A stretch of DNA of 50,505 nt from a virus (IMGVR_UViG_3300017777_004495:1-50505), one strand, 5' to 3'; positions 35,098-45,540 are shown, numbered from the stretch's first letter. Notes: generated by a model from the sequence alone, not told the origin. Numbers and translations are program-made.

Positions 35098-36032
35098 CAG
35101 AGAATCCCGCGTTGGAAGTATTTGACGGTCGTCCCTGACGGAACAAGCGGCATGGGCAGTTTGGGGTTAATTCGCAAGAAATCATCGAGCGGAATGTTGT
35201 ATTTATTCGCCAACACCACCACTGGCATGTCTACAATGGTTACGTCGGAAAAGATGGGCGCACTTTGCTTCAAACTTTTGGACTTCAGTTTTTGAACAGC
35301 GTCTTTAGCCCGAATACAGCTTCTAATAAAAGGCATGGTTTCAGGAGACAATCTTCGTTTATTGATGTCGTCAAACACGTCGATGATCTTGTCAATCTTC
35401 GACTCGTAACTAGCAAACGCAGCGTCTACCCTGTCCACATAAGAGACGGCCATTGCTATGTTGCCGGTAATTTGATCTAGAATATCGAACCCATCTGTTA
35501 TAGCTGAAAGCTTGCCAAAATCTTCTGGGTTAGCGTAAGGCGAAAGAATTTCTGGCGAAGTCAACGTGTTAAAGTCTACCGCTTGCCTCACCGAGCCTGC
35601 CTGGCCGGATGCGTTAGAACCCGTCGCTTCGATGTCGTCTAGAGCCGGCGAATCTACGAACACGACTTGGACGTCTTCGCCGTCTCGTCGATTGATGTCG
35701 GTGCGGATAGAGACGCTTTCGCAACGTGCCGTGTAAGGTCCGAGAACAGGGTCTTGCAGGTCGCCCACGCTGCGATCTCTGCACGCTTGAAGGAACTCCG
35801 AGAATGTGGCGATGTAGAGATGCCTGTACGGTCCCTTGGTGATGTCCTCGCGGAAGGGAATCGTGTACTCGAAACGCCAGTTTTTTCGTCCTAACGACTC
35901 CAAGTATTCGTTGTCGCGGTAGGCGTACTTGTGCCGAGCGTATTCCTGCTCGAAAGATACGCTGCGCTCAAGCACAGGCACCTCGATACCGCGCCACATG
36001 AGCCGAGGGAGTTCTTTGAATACGTCGGTCAT
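35097..36032 (-). CDS. Mu gp43/N-like 'DNA circularization' tail protein with LysM-like C-terminus
   Basis: WRGIEVPV..HKYAYRD..ESLGR, GDLQDPVLG, and C-terminal LANKY..FLRINP..VPSGTTV. Confidence 0.85.
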   Translation of the reverse strand: MTDVFKELPRLMWRGIEVPVLERSVSFEQEYARHKYAYRDNEYLESLGRKNWRFEYTIPFREDITKGPYRHLYIATFSEFLQACRDRSVGDLQDPVLGPYTARCESVSIRTDINRRDGEDVQVVFVDSPALDDIEATGSNASGQAGSVRQAVDFNTLTSPEILSPYANPEDFGKLSAITDGFDILDQITGNIAMAVSYVDRVDAAFASYESKIDKIIDVFDDINKRRLSPETMPFIRSCIRAKDAVQKLKSKSLKQSAPIFSDVTIVDMPVVVLANKYNIPLDDFLRINPKLPMPLVPSGTTVKYFQRGIL

Positions 36033-38290
36033 GGTCTGCCACCCGGTGAAGTTGCGCTAGCCGTTGACGGAGAGTCGGCGCGATTCGGTGAACTCGCTGC
36101 GGCTTTGTTCTGAGCAGCAGCAGATGCAGACATCGCTGTTGCTGCTGCTATCATCGCCGCTGTCGCAGTGTCAAGCTTTGCGCCTATAGGAGAAGTTTTG
36201 TCTACCGGAGCAACTGGGCCGAGCGGAGCAACGGGGTCGCGCGGAGGAACGAAGTCAGTGTATTCGACCGAAACAGTCTCACCAGGGTTAAATGCTTTCT
36301 TGCCATCAGGGCCAAATTCTGGTGCCGCATAGTCTTTATACTCTTGCACCAATTTGTAGAGATTGTATCCAGCAGCAAGAACAGCCCCCGTAGCAGCAAG
36401 CGCGGGGCCTGCTAGTGCTGCGCCGGTTCCCGCCACCACTGGAGCAGCTACACCGGCTTCCACTGCCGCAGCTGTTCCGGCGGCTCCCGCTGCCTTCATT
36501 CCTAGCGCCACTGCTAGCTTGGCCCCGATATAGTCAATCAAGGCACCCCCACCTATCTTAGCTGTTGCGTAAGCTCCAGCTACCATTGCCCCTGTGACGA
36601 CTGGACCGTGCTCGCCAGCGAAATTAACGACGTCTGTCACAGTTTCTGCTACGCTATCAATTCCAGGCTTATGATCAATCATCCATTGATTGAAGCTTTT
36701 TACTGCTTCGGTCAGAGGAGGGATGGCGTTAGTAGCGAGATTGGTTAAAGCTGCTTCCAATTTTGCGTAAGGGTCTGCTTCTTTTCTGAAAGCTGCTTGC
36801 TCAGTGATGGCTGCTTCAGAAGTCCCAGGTTTTTGCGATGCGATGATCTCTTCGCGAACTGCCTTTGCGCCTGCCAGTCTTCTGTCTGCTTCTGACGCGT
36901 CTTTCCCTAGGGAATCTCTGCCTTTAATGTAAGTGTCCCGATAGCCCTTGAACGCACGAGATGACCGAACAGTGATTCCTACATCATCCAGTAAAACAGG
37001 ATCTGCGTTTGTCGCGGCATACAACTCAGGTATTACGTCTTCAAAGGGTCTGATTTGTTGGACACCGTTCATGTCATACTTTGTCTTAACACCTGTTGCT
37101 TTTTCGACTTTACCTTTCGTGTCTCCCAGAAAGTCTACCAAGCGAGCCAACGATGTTACTGCTTCTGCTGCGCTGTTCGCGCCGCCGCCGGGTGCTGCTT
37201 GGGCTATGGCCGAAGCAGAGGCTAAGGTCTTAGCGAAATCTTTTGAGTCGCCTACCTGACTGGCAGAAGCCAATACTGACGGTGCGCCTGTAACATAATC
37301 AGAGAGTTCAATTTGTCTTTCGGCTGCTTGGGACATAAACGTACCCATAATCGCTTTTGTGGTTTTAATTGCTTCGTCGTCCGTCGCACCCTTGGCTTTT
37401 GCTCTTTGGTAAGTGAAACCTGCTAGATTGCCTGTTAAGGCAGGATCTACGTTGCCGGCTTCTGAATATTTAGTCATGAAGTCGGACAACTTTTCTGCCG
37501 CTTCCAAGTTGCCCGCCTTGCCGTGAAATGCCAACATCTGCTCTACGACGCTACTCTGCGAGACACCGTGCATTGTTGCTACACCCGAAGAAGTATCAAG
37601 GATGCCTTTCATGATGTCCGGTAGTGGAGCTTTGTTGTTTGCTTGCACCGATTGAGTTGCAAGTGCGGACGCTGCTCTATAAGAATTACGTCCAGCGTTA
37701 AGTCCTGCTGCAACGTACGCACCCGCGCCTACTGTGCCGGCTGTTGTGACTGCTGAGAATGCTCTCTGCCCTAGCGAATTGATTGAGCTTCCTACTGAAC
37801 CTAAGACTTGGTTACGAACATACTTTTGTTGTGATCGGTAAATTCGCTCTCGGGCATTCGCTGATTTCTGCGCTTCTCTTACTCTCGCTTGCTCCATGCG
37901 ACGAACAGACTTTATCTGTTTGTCTGCATGTTGATCTTCTACTCTCAGCCGATCATTGTTCAGCCGATTCTTAAGATTGATCCAATTTTTATTTCTGGTG
38001 GACTCTTCCCGCAGTACCGCAGCGTCGTTCCTAATACGCGCTGCTCGCATACGATTGAACTCGCGGACGTGAGAATCCTGCTGCGGACCCGCACGCGGAC
38101 CCGCAACACCACCGCGCAAAGCAGAACCTCCTGTGCTTCCTGTAACGGACCCACCACGCCCAGGACCGGAACCGCTGAACATCCTGGCCATCTTGTCGTT
38201 GTGGTCTTTTGCTCGACGCTCCAGCGACGCGAATGCCTGCGAGACTGCTGCAAGTCCAACGACCTTGAAATCGTATTGTAGCGTCGCCAT
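36029..38290 (-). CDS. Tail tape measure protein
   Basis: 753 aa, Ala/Gly-rich and helical, between chaperone and gp43-like genes. Confidence 0.85.
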   Translation of the reverse strand: MATLQYDFKVVGLAAVSQAFASLERRAKDHNDKMARMFSGSGPGRGGSVTGSTGGSALRGGVAGPRAGPQQDSHVREFNRMRAARIRNDAAVLREESTRNKNWINLKNRLNNDRLRVEDQHADKQIKSVRRMEQARVREAQKSANARERIYRSQQKYVRNQVLGSVGSSINSLGQRAFSAVTTAGTVGAGAYVAAGLNAGRNSYRAASALATQSVQANNKAPLPDIMKGILDTSSGVATMHGVSQSSVVEQMLAFHGKAGNLEAAEKLSDFMTKYSEAGNVDPALTGNLAGFTYQRAKAKGATDDEAIKTTKAIMGTFMSQAAERQIELSDYVTGAPSVLASASQVGDSKDFAKTLASASAIAQAAPGGGANSAAEAVTSLARLVDFLGDTKGKVEKATGVKTKYDMNGVQQIRPFEDVIPELYAATNADPVLLDDVGITVRSSRAFKGYRDTYIKGRDSLGKDASEADRRLAGAKAVREEIIASQKPGTSEAAITEQAAFRKEADPYAKLEAALTNLATNAIPPLTEAVKSFNQWMIDHKPGIDSVAETVTDVVNFAGEHGPVVTGAMVAGAYATAKIGGGALIDYIGAKLAVALGMKAAGAAGTAAAVEAGVAAPVVAGTGAALAGPALAATGAVLAAGYNLYKLVQEYKDYAAPEFGPDGKKAFNPGETVSVEYTDFVPPRDPVAPLGPVAPVDKTSPIGAKLDTATAAMIAAATAMSASAAAQNKAAASSPNRADSPSTASATSPGGRP

Positions 38291-38295
38291 AGTTT

Positions 38296-39192
38296 CTAAC
38301 CTCTGTCCTTGAACATTTCTTTATACGCCCGCGCAGCTTCGTCTGTCGTGATGGGCCGGTCTGGCAGTGTGGGTGCCAGTTTATCCGCCAACTCGACGGC
38401 GAGCTTTAATACGTCACGGTCAAATGCATTGGCGTGGAAATCAGGATCGCTTTCAGCAAGTGCTAAATCAGTGCTTTGCAATCCAATCTCGATGGCACTC
38501 GCAGGAAGCTTTCCATATGAGGAATTGCCAATATCCCAACTCGTGAGGTTTGCAGCTAAACCACTGGGCAAGTTCGAGGACAGGGTGCCCAGGAGGGCGG
38601 AAAGCGTGTATGCGCGTTCCGATAACAACATGGTCAATTCTACCAAGTGATGCCAGCCCAGCACTCCTAAAGGGAGCGTCGAGCCGCCCTCCACCAGCCG
38701 CTTCATCCACGCTGTAGCTTGTTCAGCGGTTTCGATATTGCCTTCATACGGACCCCATTTCCGTTGAATCATCTGAAGCGTCATCCAAAGCGCCTCTAGC
38801 TCGTCTGCTAAAAGCACATCGACTTCATCTGCTGTGCGGAAATGTCGCAGGTATCGCGGAAAGCCCGTCTCTTCGGTGCCCTTGATAGGCTCGACTGAAA
38901 GGCACGCCATCGAGATCAATTCTTTCGCTACGCGGTCGCCGAGAACTTCCTTGATGGTCTGCCCTTCAAGCTGGGCCTTGTCGATGCGCTTCTTGTCGAC
39001 AATCCAGAACTGCGCCTTGATGCGAGCTTCGTCGTACTCGGCCAAGTTTAGAACCTGCATTCGTATCTGACCGATAGGCAGACGTGTGTACGGATCGCGT
39101 CGGGGAAAATCGACGATTTCACTCGGTCGCGCGGACGCGCTCAGTTTGAGAAACAGGTCAGTGGCAGTTACTTCGTTCGGGGGGAATGCCAT
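38296..39192 (-). CDS. Tail assembly chaperone-like protein
   Basis: Between tube and tape measure. Start ATG 39192 lies downstream of the terminator. Confidence 0.65.
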   Translation of the reverse strand: MAFPPNEVTATDLFLKLSASARPSEIVDFPRRDPYTRLPIGQIRMQVLNLAEYDEARIKAQFWIVDKKRIDKAQLEGQTIKEVLGDRVAKELISMACLSVEPIKGTEETGFPRYLRHFRTADEVDVLLADELEALWMTLQMIQRKWGPYEGNIETAEQATAWMKRLVEGGSTLPLGVLGWHHLVELTMLLSERAYTLSALLGTLSSNLPSGLAANLTSWDIGNSSYGKLPASAIEIGLQSTDLALAESDPDFHANAFDRDVLKLAVELADKLAPTLPDRPITTDEAARAYKEMFKDRG

Positions 39193-39205
39193 AGTATTCT
39201 CAATG

Positions 39206-39238
39206 AAAAAAGGCCGCAAGGCTGCACCCTGCGGCCTT
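39206..39238 (-). terminator. Intrinsic terminator after the tail tube gene
   Basis: Minus strand AAGGCCGCAGGG-TGCAG-CCTTGCGGCC-TTTTTT. Confidence 0.8.
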
Positions 39239-39276
39239 GCTATTGGCCGTACTTGTCGTCGCAGGGCGAAGATAGA

Positions 39277-39651
39277 CTACTGCACTGCCTTCAGTTCGCC
39301 AAGCCAGTTCGCCGTACCTTCGACGGAAGCGTTCACGGTCTGGTTGATGGATACGTCGAGCAACTTGCCAAAGCCAAAGTAGTCAACTGAGCCTATCTTG
39401 ACCTGCATCGTGATGTACGTACCCGTAGCGCACCTCTGCTGCCACGGAAATTCCTGCCCGCCCTTGGGAACGGCAAAACCAATCTGAAGCGAGACGTCGC
39501 CAGAACCCGGCGTGAAGCCTGCGAGGCCCTCGTTGAGAAGGTCTACTCGATTCTGTCCGCTGTTCGTGGTTATCTGAATACTGGTGACCTCGATAGTGTA
39601 TGCGCCGTCTACGAAAAGTACCAGTCTTGCGTGGTCTACGAGAGTTGCCAT
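39277..39651 (-). CDS. Tail tube protein
   Basis: 124-aa beta-rich gene right after the sheath; GLAGFTPG motif. Confidence 0.75.
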   Translation of the reverse strand: MATLVDHARLVLFVDGAYTIEVTSIQITTNSGQNRVDLLNEGLAGFTPGSGDVSLQIGFAVPKGGQEFPWQQRCATGTYITMQVKIGSVDYFGFGKLLDVSINQTVNASVEGTANWLGELKAVQ

Positions 39652-39663
39652 GGTTTTCTCCTA

Positions 39664-41223
39664 TCAGGCCGGGCTGATTTCTGCGATTCGCGCAGTCATC
39701 TGGTGGAAGAGATCGACTGCGTTGATGTCCAGGCCGACCTCAAGTCGACCTCCGTTGTTCGGATCGCGAACAACTCGAAGGCCGTTTTTAGACTCTGCCG
39801 TCTTCTGAAGCCTCTGGCCGGCAAACTCGTCAACCAGCGCCTTAACAAAAGGCGCGTAGTTGCTCGGCGTGATGACGTTAGGATACAGCCGTTGGTTGAA
39901 GTTGATGCTTCCGTCCGGCAATAGTTCGTCAGACGTAAGCTTCTTGTTCACGAAGTTCAACGCGTGGCGAAGCAGCAAGGTGTCCACGAACTCGTCCGCG
40001 ACCGAGATGCGATGCGTCTCGGTGGCTCGGAAATCGTCGTTGTTGCCCGTTGCGTCTTTGCTGCGAGTCGTGCAGGACATCACGACGAAGCTACCCGAAT
40101 CGCTTGAAGCGACGATGGTGATTCCGTCAAGAATCGCGTCGTTCTGATCCGAGCCGCTAGCGCGATCAGCATCGCGGAAACATGCAGGAATGAGCCAGTC
40201 GCCCTGAATGTTGTTGTAGCCGTCGAAGTTGTACGCGCTGTCCAGCTGCTCGCGCTTCTGCCGAATCGCCGCCATGTTCGCAGCAATCTCTTCGCGAGTA
40301 GCCTCGCTGTTTCTCTGCCAAATCAACTGCAATCGCTCGTAGTTCAAGCCCGTCGCAAGCGTCGCCACCGTGGCAAGAGCCAGCGGCGAAGCTGCCATGC
40401 CGACCGACCGAAGACCGGGGATGGGCTGGCTCTTCGTTGCGATGTGGGTTTTCGCGATGAGCAGGTGTGCTGCGGATTCAACGGAGAAAACCATGTAGTA
40501 GTAGCGGCTGCTGGCAATCGCAGCCAGTGCTGCGGTCAAGTTCACGGCTTCAGTCACCGCGCCATCGACGCCCACAGTAGCAGTGCCGGTGCCAAGCGCA
40601 TCCACATCGCTCGCGTTCTCTGTTGCCAACGCAAGCGATGCACCAGGCGTCACCTCGGCGCGGACACGAATGTGCGCGTTTTGCGAAGCACCAGCGATTT
40701 TAGCGACAAGCGTGATGACGCCCATTGCGTTGCCCGCAGTGACGGGCAACTGCAAATTCGCGTTGATCACCGCAACCATGTTCGCTGCCTGCGTCGTGGC
40801 AGTATCGCCGCTTTTGACGGCGATGGAGCAAGGTACTCCGCAAATGGTCACGGTCGCGACGCCTGCGGCAGTCGCCGTCGCAGAGAACGTCACGTCCAAA
40901 TCCGCAGACGCAGAACCCATGCCAGATGACGGCAAATAGGGAAGCGCGTAGATTTTCGCAGTGTTGTTGGTCAGCAGGAACTTGCGGATTGCTCGATGCA
41001 AGGGCGAACCCGCGCCCGCGCCCTCGATGGCCTCCTGCTCGTTGCGGACCTGAACCACTTTGTTCGCTGCGTAAGAGCCCGAAGCGTACATTTTCGGCAT
41101 GACGAAAATGACGTCTCGCGCCTTGGCCGAAGCAGTGCTCGGACCTTGAGCAAAAAGAATTTCCGTGTATCCGCCCGGCACGCGATACGTGCTCGGAACA
41201 CCAGTGATGGGAATGGAAGCCAT
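39664..41223 (-). CDS. Tail sheath protein (Mu gpL-like)
   Basis: VPSTYRVPGGYTEI, GAGSPLH, LPVTA..GVITLVAK..G, and RDPNNGGRLEV..H at the C-terminus. Confidence 0.9.
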   Translation of the reverse strand: MASIPITGVPSTYRVPGGYTEILFAQGPSTASAKARDVIFVMPKMYASGSYAANKVVQVRNEQEAIEGAGAGSPLHRAIRKFLLTNNTAKIYALPYLPSSGMGSASADLDVTFSATATAAGVATVTICGVPCSIAVKSGDTATTQAANMVAVINANLQLPVTAGNAMGVITLVAKIAGASQNAHIRVRAEVTPGASLALATENASDVDALGTGTATVGVDGAVTEAVNLTAALAAIASSRYYYMVFSVESAAHLLIAKTHIATKSQPIPGLRSVGMAASPLALATVATLATGLNYERLQLIWQRNSEATREEIAANMAAIRQKREQLDSAYNFDGYNNIQGDWLIPACFRDADRASGSDQNDAILDGITIVASSDSGSFVVMSCTTRSKDATGNNDDFRATETHRISVADEFVDTLLLRHALNFVNKKLTSDELLPDGSINFNQRLYPNVITPSNYAPFVKALVDEFAGQRLQKTAESKNGLRVVRDPNNGGRLEVGLDINAVDLFHQMTARIAEISPA

Positions 41224-41236
41224 CTGTAATTACCTC

Positions 41237-41602
41237 TCAGCCTTCGTTAGCAACTTTTTTCAGCTTGGCTGGTTGCCTTATCGGAACCCATTCGCCATCG
41301 ACCCACTCGATAGCGACAAACTTGGTATCACATGCGGCAGCGGTTTCCTCATCAAAGGGCCACAATGCGGCATCGCGATTCGTCAGCAACATTACTCGTT
41401 CTGCGTCTTTGCTCTTGGCAGGCACTTCATACGGGACAGCGTTCGCAGGATAACCCCACGTACCGTCAGGCAATGCCTGCTTAGAACGATTCACGTAGTT
41501 CGGAGCTTGCCCGATAAACTGAACAGAATTTGGGATTCTGACGAGCAGATTTTCGCGTGCGACGAATTTCAGAATTTGAGTCATAGGTAGCATCTGTGTC
41601 AC
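41237..41602 (-). CDS. Hypothetical protein upstream of the sheath
   Basis: RDAALWPFDEETAAAC motif. Position matches the small pre-sheath genes of Mu-like tails. Confidence 0.6.
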   Translation of the reverse strand: MTQMLPMTQILKFVARENLLVRIPNSVQFIGQAPNYVNRSKQALPDGTWGYPANAVPYEVPAKSKDAERVMLLTNRDAALWPFDEETAAACDTKFVAIEWVDGEWVPIRQPAKLKKVANEG

Positions 41603-42057
41603 TTAAACTTTGTTTGCGCCAAGTATTGCATGTTGCCGCGAAGAATAGCAGCAGTACGGACAGCCATCTTCCACCAAGCAGCACCCAAAACGAAGTACGG
41701 GCGATTGCCTGGATGATCGACGCGTCTTGCGTAAACTACTGCTCCGTCTCGTTTGCCGATAAATCGCAAGAATCGAGCACGGCGAGGGTAAATCCAGTGC
41801 CTCTTTGTTCCTGACTCGAAGTACTTAGCATGTTCTGCGGTAGTCGAAATGCGTGAAACGGTAGTCGAGCCGAGACGAAAAAGTTTCCCTTTGGTCGTTC
41901 GGAGCAGCTTGCCGGTCTTAACGTGTCCGCTTTGGATTTCGCTTCTGGCTTCTGCCACGCCTACGCTGTTCTGCTCTGATAGCGTCTTGGCTACCATCGC
42001 ATCGAGCGCAGCGGAGAACCTGCGATGAGACGCATTCATCATGCCGATGTTGAGCAT
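41599..42057 (-). CDS. Neck/tail-completion protein (HK97 gp10-like)
   Basis: KTGKL..HAKYFESGTKRHWIYP..LRF..VDHPG..PYF. Confidence 0.75.
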   Translation of the reverse strand: MLNIGMMNASHRRFSAALDAMVAKTLSEQNSVGVAEARSEIQSGHVKTGKLLRTTKGKLFRLGSTTVSRISTTAEHAKYFESGTKRHWIYPRRARFLRFIGKRDGAVVYARRVDHPGNRPYFVLGAAWWKMAVRTAAILRGNMQYLAQTKFK

Positions 42058-42059
42058 AT

Positions 42060-42911
42060 CTATGCGTTCACCTTGCCGTAATTTGGATCGGGATTGGTGT
42101 CGGTTCTGGCCTGAACTGCGTCGGGTAGCGTGCCGTCGCCGTCGCCGCCTACGCCGAAATTCAAATCTACTCCGTCGAACGTAGTGTACGACGGAACGAA
42201 GTTTGCGTCCTGTACCATGAACACGTTGCCGTTCTCGTCTGTTTTCTGCACAAACTGAACAGCCAGGTGGTCTAGCTCCGAAGTTTCAATCTCCATGTGC
42301 ATCGCATAATAGAAATTGCCGCCTTCGCGGTCAGAGAACGCGACTGGTCCCTCGTTGCTGGACACTACCCGCAAAACGTCGAACCCGCCGTGCCCTTGTC
42401 CGAATTGCAGAGCGCCGTTGAGATACGCGGGATGAGAACGACGTCGAACGGCAAGCGTCAGAAGTGCTCGAAGTCCTGACAATACGCCGCCGAGCTTGCG
42501 ACGGTCGTCTGCTGGCAGCGGAGGCAGGATGTAATCCAGCCCCCAAGTCGTTTTGATGACTTCCTGCGACAGCGTGTACTCTTCGTGAATTGCTGACGTG
42601 CGGTACAGGCACAGCAGCGGCATTCCCCAGCTGGCTTCCCGCATCAAATCGCTGGTGGGCTGCAAGTAGCAGACATCCTGAACCGGCTGAACGGACGATA
42701 GCGCAGTGCCCGCACGCGCAATGCCCCAAGGGCTCGTTGCGACTACCGTCGTCGTGCTGCCGCCGATCTCCTGATTGATAGCAGCCTTGAAAAAGGCCAG
42801 CATCTTGTCACGAGCAGGGTCTAATACACTGAAAAGCTGAGAATTTTGGACATCCTCGACCGGGAACTGGACATCCCCGAAACGCTGGTACAAAAAGTCG
42901 ATGTCGCTCAT
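42060..42911 (-). CDS. Putative tail terminator protein
   Basis: Neck cluster. MPLLCLYR motif. ATGA start at 42911. Confidence 0.55.
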   Translation of the reverse strand: MSDIDFLYQRFGDVQFPVEDVQNSQLFSVLDPARDKMLAFFKAAINQEIGGSTTTVVATSPWGIARAGTALSSVQPVQDVCYLQPTSDLMREASWGMPLLCLYRTSAIHEEYTLSQEVIKTTWGLDYILPPLPADDRRKLGGVLSGLRALLTLAVRRRSHPAYLNGALQFGQGHGGFDVLRVVSSNEGPVAFSDREGGNFYYAMHMEIETSELDHLAVQFVQKTDENGNVFMVQDANFVPSYTTFDGVDLNFGVGGDGDGTLPDAVQARTDTNPDPNYGKVNA

Positions 42912-43357
42912 GGCGTGCCCGATAGCTGGAGGCGCAGCATGTAGTGGCCAGCAAGATCGTCGTCGGACCCGACCAATCGGCAATACGCGCCTTGAGGGTA
43001 CGCTGGTCCGACAAGCTTGTACTGAACAACCGTGTTGTTTGCCAGATTGCTGGGTGACAATACCGAAGTCAGAACACCGCCGCCGGGATACGCTGGCGTA
43101 ATCGGTCCAACCGTTATTGTGCCCTTCTCGTAGCCGCCGATAGCAAGTTGCTCAGCATCTAGCCATCGAATCTTAGGCGGTTGCCCGTACTGCTCGGTGA
43201 TTGGCGTAGACGTGACCGTCTCAACGCCTTCCCCGATTTCGTCGCCGCTCCACGTTCGCACCTCAATCGTCAACGAATACGGACGCCAGCCCAGCTTACC
43301 TGGAATGGCGCGAATCGAATTGACTGCCGGCAGAATGGAGTCGCGAAAAGTCGCCAT
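42908..43357 (-). CDS. Putative head-closure protein
   Basis: Synteny after the adaptor gene; beta-rich. Confidence 0.55.
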   Translation of the reverse strand: MATFRDSILPAVNSIRAIPGKLGWRPYSLTIEVRTWSGDEIGEGVETVTSTPITEQYGQPPKIRWLDAEQLAIGGYEKGTITVGPITPAYPGGGVLTSVLSPSNLANNTVVQYKLVGPAYPQGAYCRLVGSDDDLAGHYMLRLQLSGTP

Positions 43358-43959
43358 CAGTATACCGCGATTTCGCTTCCTACAGATGATCGCAGATTGC
43401 TGACACCGAGTGCGCTAGCGAGTTCGTTCCGCCAGTACGTCTGTATCTTTTGAATCTCGCTACGGACGCCGAGCGCACCGGAAAAAAATTCAATCTCATC
43501 GACTTTAGCGATACCCGCCTGCTGCAAAGCAGCGGTGCTAAGCTTGTCCGTAATAGATCGAAGTATCGTCAGAATCTCGCGAATGATGCTCTCGCCGCGT
43601 TCTACGGTAATCGTGTAAGTTCCGCTGTGCTGCTTGGTGAGCAGAACGGAAATAGTAGCGCCCGCTATCGTTCGGACGGTGGCGGATTCTTGCCGGTCGT
43701 CCACATCGACGATGATGCGGTCACCAACAGAAAACCCCGTAACGCTGGCCAGAGTCAGCGTTACGGGATTAGCAAGTGCTCCTGCCGCAACAGCAGTTAC
43801 CGCAGTAGAACTCGTGGTGATGGCACCGGCCAGCAGATTTGGTTGAATGACTAGCTCGAAGATCCTGGCAACACCGATATACGGCTCTGCGGAGATCGTG
43901 AGCAAGTTGTAGCCCAACTCGTATTTGCATCTTGCGATTTCAGAATCGAGAAGGGCCAC
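43357..43959 (-). CDS. Putative head-tail adaptor with inserted beta domain
   Basis: EIARCKYELGY N-terminus and KVDEIEFF C-terminus flank a TLASVTGFSVGDRI insert. Confidence 0.6.
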   Translation of the reverse strand: MALLDSEIARCKYELGYNLLTISAEPYIGVARIFELVIQPNLLAGAITTSSTAVTAVAAGALANPVTLTLASVTGFSVGDRIIVDVDDRQESATVRTIAGATISVLLTKQHSGTYTITVERGESIIREILTILRSITDKLSTAALQQAGIAKVDEIEFFSGALGVRSEIQKIQTYWRNELASALGVSNLRSSVGSEIAVY

Positions 43960-43969
43960 AATTAACCTC

Positions 43970-44392
43970 TCAGCTAAACCCGTTGTATTTGCGGTAGCCT
44001 ACGGTCATCGAGTAGGTGTCGAGCACAGAGCCGCCGCCGCCGCCAACCTTGACCGCAGGACGAACGTACTCCCAGCCGAGAACGCCCTTTGGCGCTTCGA
44101 GCACCACGGAGACAGCGACGTCCGCGCCGCCTGTGCCGGTTGCGATAACGACGAACGACGCGCCGTTGCTCGGCTTGATGTCGTAGAACGTCAAGTTGTC
44201 GTGACTCACCTGCCAATGGCAGGCGAGGGTGACGGTGTTAGTCTCGGCGAGCACCGTGAACAAACAAGACAGCGTGTTGAGCGCAATCTCGTTGGTCGGA
44301 TACGCGGTGCCGCCGACACCACTGCCGGCAAGAATGCCGTTAAACGTGCCGGTTGCGGCAGCGCCTTGAAAGAAACGCGCTGGAAAGCTCAT
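43970..44392 (-). CDS. Hypothetical virion protein (possible capsid decoration)
   Basis: TGATG-coupled to the capsid gene, strong codon bias, WQVSHD...YD and EYVRP motifs. Confidence 0.6.
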   Translation of the reverse strand: MSFPARFFQGAAATGTFNGILAGSGVGGTAYPTNEIALNTLSCLFTVLAETNTVTLACHWQVSHDNLTFYDIKPSNGASFVVIATGTGGADVAVSVVLEAPKGVLGWEYVRPAVKVGGGGGSVLDTYSMTVGYRKYNGFS

Positions 44393-45486
44393 CAGAAATT
44401 ATCCTCCGAGTAGCGAACGCTCGTGACGAAGCGGTTATCCGCCAAGCCGAAAGCGAGGAACGCGAGCCAGATCACCTTGGCTTGCTGGCCGTAGTTGTCA
44501 TCGCTGGCGGGCATGATTGCGGGCGGTGCGCCCATGCCGCTGAGAGCGACACCGGGAGCGATTGCGTGCCCGTAGTGCACCTTGATGCTGCTGCTGTTCA
44601 AAGGCTGCGAGAGCGTCGTCGAGACGGCGCACTCGTACTCAGGCAGCGACGCAAAGTAACCGGGGAACAAGGGATTCATTTCCTTGTGGAACTCGGCGTA
44701 GCGCGCGAACTGGGGATCATCCTTCAATTGCTTCTTGCCGGTCGGCGACACGACGAGAAGACGCTTGCCGTTCGAGAACGTGGGCAAGTTGGCGTCGTCC
44801 TGCGAGCGACTGACGCGGCTGATCTGCTCGTAGGAGAGCGGAGCCTGCCCTTTCATGCTGATGTCGTTGTCGGCGGCAAAGCCGTTGGGGTAGACCTTGG
44901 TCGACGCGAGGTCGAACAGGGAAACCCACACGCTGTCAAGCCAGCGATGGAAATCGCGCTTGAGGTGCGTGCCGACGATCTTCGCCAGATTGTGGACACC
45001 CATCTGCGCATCGAACGAGTCGATGGCGTAGGGCTGCACGGCGCTCGCGCCGAACGGGCCGGCGTACCGCTTGATGGTCAGCGAAACCTGCTCGGAAGCC
45101 ACCTCGATAGGAGTCGTCGAGATGCTCGACGCGGTACCGATGACGCGCGACGCCTCGGTGTAGGTCGAGTTGATGAACTTCGGACGGTTGAACCGCAGCG
45201 TGTGCCCTGGCCCGCCCATGAAATCCACCTTGGTCGCAAAAACCTCGGTGGGCAGAGCCATCGCGAGCGCCAATCGGTCTTCTTCCGCAGTCTTGTACGG
45301 AGCGCCGACGCCGCCTACCGAACGACCGGGAAGTTGAAGACCGAGCGCATCCGGTACGTTGAGGTCTGCGGCGAGCGCAGACAGCACCAGATTTGCGTAT
45401 GGGTACTGAGGTTCAGGCTGAACCAAGAGTTCAGCCGAAGTGATGTCAAAAAACTCTTCGGGAAGAGTTACGCGGGAAACCGCCAT
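44392..45486 (-). CDS. Major capsid protein
   Basis: 364 aa after the scaffold. GHTLRFNRP, VSLTIKRY, LVVSP...QLKDDP and DNYG..VIW.AFLAFG. AAGGA RBS and extreme codon bias. Confidence 0.85.
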   Translation of the reverse strand: MAVSRVTLPEEFFDITSAELLVQPEPQYPYANLVLSALAADLNVPDALGLQLPGRSVGGVGAPYKTAEEDRLALAMALPTEVFATKVDFMGGPGHTLRFNRPKFINSTYTEASRVIGTASSISTTPIEVASEQVSLTIKRYAGPFGASAVQPYAIDSFDAQMGVHNLAKIVGTHLKRDFHRWLDSVWVSLFDLASTKVYPNGFAADNDISMKGQAPLSYEQISRVSRSQDDANLPTFSNGKRLLVVSPTGKKQLKDDPQFARYAEFHKEMNPLFPGYFASLPEYECAVSTTLSQPLNSSSIKVHYGHAIAPGVALSGMGAPPAIMPASDDNYGQQAKVIWLAFLAFGLADNRFVTSVRYSEDNF

Positions 45487-45540
45487 TGTGTGTATCCTTA
45501 GTTATGAGTTGCTACAGATTGGGGGTTCCCCGAATGCCAG

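Noticed and set aside
38296-39192. Programmed tail-chaperone (G/GT-type) frameshift
   Set aside because: A single continuous ORF fills the tube-to-tape-measure interval, so no second frame is needed.
44353-45501. 382-aa plus-strand ORF antisense to the capsid gene, and similar long antisense ORFs (755..1555, 14212..15126, 16543..17334, 24037..24726)
   Set aside because: These are shadow frames expected from strong codon bias in GC-rich genes. They show no recognisable motifs or RBS, and the opposite strand carries clear genes.
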